In this document: positions 62,331 to 64,000 of the stretch, piece after piece | How the letters are laid out: each line of letters starts with the position of its first letter | Numbering within the stretch: the stretch's first letter is position 1 | IMG/VR virus record: IMGVR_UViG_3300015370_000568 | Span: 32,001-96,000 of that record | From: a virus | DNA: 64,000 bases | Direction: 5' to 3' (one strand) | The notes under the pieces: model-generated | Told to the model about the DNA's origin: nothing | The model's input: the letters and a program-made list of their open reading frames with translations, nothing else | The model's database searches: none | Program-made: the position numbers and the translations under genes

Positions 62331-63983
62331 CTATGTAGTCTCCAGCACTGACTCTATGATACTTTCGCTCAATCCTCCGCCTTCTCGTCGCACATCTACC
62401 TTATCCAAGTCAGCTGGCTGTTGATTAGGAGAAATAGATATCTCGCCCAAAATCAAAGTCTTATAGTCCGGGAAACACTTTGTCGCTCTAAAAGAAGAAT
62501 ATGTAGAACCTACAACAGCAGACCAATCAGGATTACCATCACTTCCATCTTGTGAGCAGTAGGTGATTCTTCCTCGCCTATCTACATAGAGAAAGTGAAT
62601 CGATGCTTCTCTACCAGCAAGACCATATCCAATACTTTCGGGAACTAGATAGATAACAACCATTGTGCCGACAATATCATTATTCATGGTCGGGTTGAAA
62701 TCTATATCTGTGATTTCATAGTTCATCTCTTCATAGTAGTAAGTAACATATAGTTTCCAATTGGCTGGGATTTCATAATCCAGGTAGACAAGCCCAGAAG
62801 GAACATCAACACCTAGAATAGCTTTCCAGCGTAAACCTCCTAAAGTATCATCTCTCTTCCCTAGAAGAGCTCCCTGAGAAGTAAAAATAGCTGTCAAGGT
62901 ATCAGCCTCATTGTATGCATAGACAACAGGATGCATAGTTGTGGCATCTTCACCGACTCCACTAGTAACCCCGGGCATGACAATTCTTTCTCTATTAGCT
63001 TTGTAGACAGATTTAGTTACCCGAGTCATCAACTCTTCCTGGACATATTTGAATGGCGGGAATGGGAAAAAGCTTTGTTTAGTGAGATACTCAGGAACAT
63101 CATAGATATAAGGAACGCCGCCACTAAGAGAAAGAACTCGTCCATTAGATACTCTAGCAAACCATGGTACTTCTACAGAAAGACCTTCTGGCATGACTAA
63201 TTGAATCTTGTTATCTGTTCTGGGTCTAACAGCATATGTAGTATTCAGCGGCAAAGTAATTTCTATATATCCGTAGTTCTCAGTAATAAGATAAGCATCG
63301 GCCGTGATTTTTAGAGAAAGGTCAGGATTCAAGTCATCAGTATCTGCTAGAATGAAAATAGGTTCTTGAGATAGAAGGTCTGTATAGACATGATGAGCTA
63401 CTGAACTATCTCCACGAGTGTAGCGGAGAGCATAACGAACGTAATAGAGATTCCACCGGCCAGAATGAAAATCAAACTCATTCTGCAAATTAGAATACAC
63501 AACCCCATTTGTCAGGTCATACTGAATCTGTGGATGTTTATACTCCTTCATGTTTCTATCAAGAACTTGCATAGCAACTATTGTTATAGCCCCTGAAGGA
63601 TTGATATCTGATTCACCTAGACTAGAAAGCAGTGTCTTGATTCTCTTCTGTACACTGTGTTTCCAAAAGAGAGGAGCTAACTTTACAGAACCAGAAGAAT
63701 CGCCGCCGACAAAAACATCTGTCACTAAGAATTGATAGTATCGAAGTATTTTTGATTGTCCGACAAATACTTCATAATCCGAGTCTTCAATACCCCAGTT
63801 AGCAGATAATTCTCCTGACCTATCTGTATTATGTATGACTCTATCAGAAGAAATAGATTCACCAGCAAGATAGGCTATGTTTACATTACTAGCCGAACTG
63901 GCCGCAACAATACGAAACTGGTCACGTCGTTTGACGACGTTCAAAATGATATTTGCATTGTTCTGAACCTGTTCGTTAGCCAT
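62331..63983 (-). CDS. putative baseplate/virion structural protein
   Basis: 550 aa, beta-rich, PWFARVSNG, DFNP, DVRREGGGL. Confidence 0.65.
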   Translation of the reverse strand: MANEQVQNNANIILNVVKRRDQFRIVAASSASNVNIAYLAGESISSDRVIHNTDRSGELSANWGIEDSDYEVFVGQSKILRYYQFLVTDVFVGGDSSGSVKLAPLFWKHSVQKRIKTLLSSLGESDINPSGAITIVAMQVLDRNMKEYKHPQIQYDLTNGVVYSNLQNEFDFHSGRWNLYYVRYALRYTRGDSSVAHHVYTDLLSQEPIFILADTDDLNPDLSLKITADAYLITENYGYIEITLPLNTTYAVRPRTDNKIQLVMPEGLSVEVPWFARVSNGRVLSLSGGVPYIYDVPEYLTKQSFFPFPPFKYVQEELMTRVTKSVYKANRERIVMPGVTSGVGEDATTMHPVVYAYNEADTLTAIFTSQGALLGKRDDTLGGLRWKAILGVDVPSGLVYLDYEIPANWKLYVTYYYEEMNYEITDIDFNPTMNNDIVGTMVVIYLVPESIGYGLAGREASIHFLYVDRRGRITYCSQDGSDGNPDWSAVVGSTYSSFRATKCFPDYKTLILGEISISPNQQPADLDKVDVRREGGGLSESIIESVLETT

Positions 63984-64000
63984 TAGTATCCTGACAGTTG

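Noticed and set aside
654-63735. Numerous 60-130 aa antisense or nested ORFs in the track (e.g. 8450..8776, 26283..26612, 29197..29577, 56862..57248)
   Set aside because: They lie opposite or within well-supported genes, without SD or recognisable motifs; treated as shadow ORFs
1-64000. Genome-wide stop-codon reassignment (TAG to Gln), suggested by TAG-ATG junctions and a tRNA-Gln
   Set aside because: Standard-code ORFs tile the window with full-length enzymes, TAA-ATG abutments also occur (22819, 60534), and the tRNA anticodon is UUG not CUA

Overview
This window is a 64 kb slice of a large (jumbo-type) tailed dsDNA phage genome. It is wall-to-wall coding, uses the standard code and has two convergent arms meeting at about 17785. 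The plus arm (1-17788) carries two tRNAs, an ATP-dependent DNA ligase, intein-containing ThyX, RecA, a DnaE polymerase split into two ORFs, family-4 UDG and many small ORFs. Four of those small ORFs share a conserved N-terminal MKIRLxHVTNSSSxSF peptide. The minus arm, read from the right end, carries putative virion/baseplate proteins (three of them paralogous), an actin-fold ATPase and a ~20 kb, 22-gene nucleotide-sugar synthesis/glycosyltransferase/tailoring island with no recognisable flippase, polymerase or priming transferase. It continues with a holin-like gene, a Cas4-like nuclease, a primase-helicase fusion, an ATPase-only terminase paralogue, nucleases and an amidase. The best candidates for novel biology are: (i) a self-contained virion-glycosylation system, possibly acting on Ser-Gly sites enriched in the adjacent structural proteins; (ii) the NSSSSSF N-terminal tag family; (iii) the actin-like gene; and (iv) an overprinted AT-hook gene. 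All family calls come from motif recognition by eye, and all counts are hand counts.
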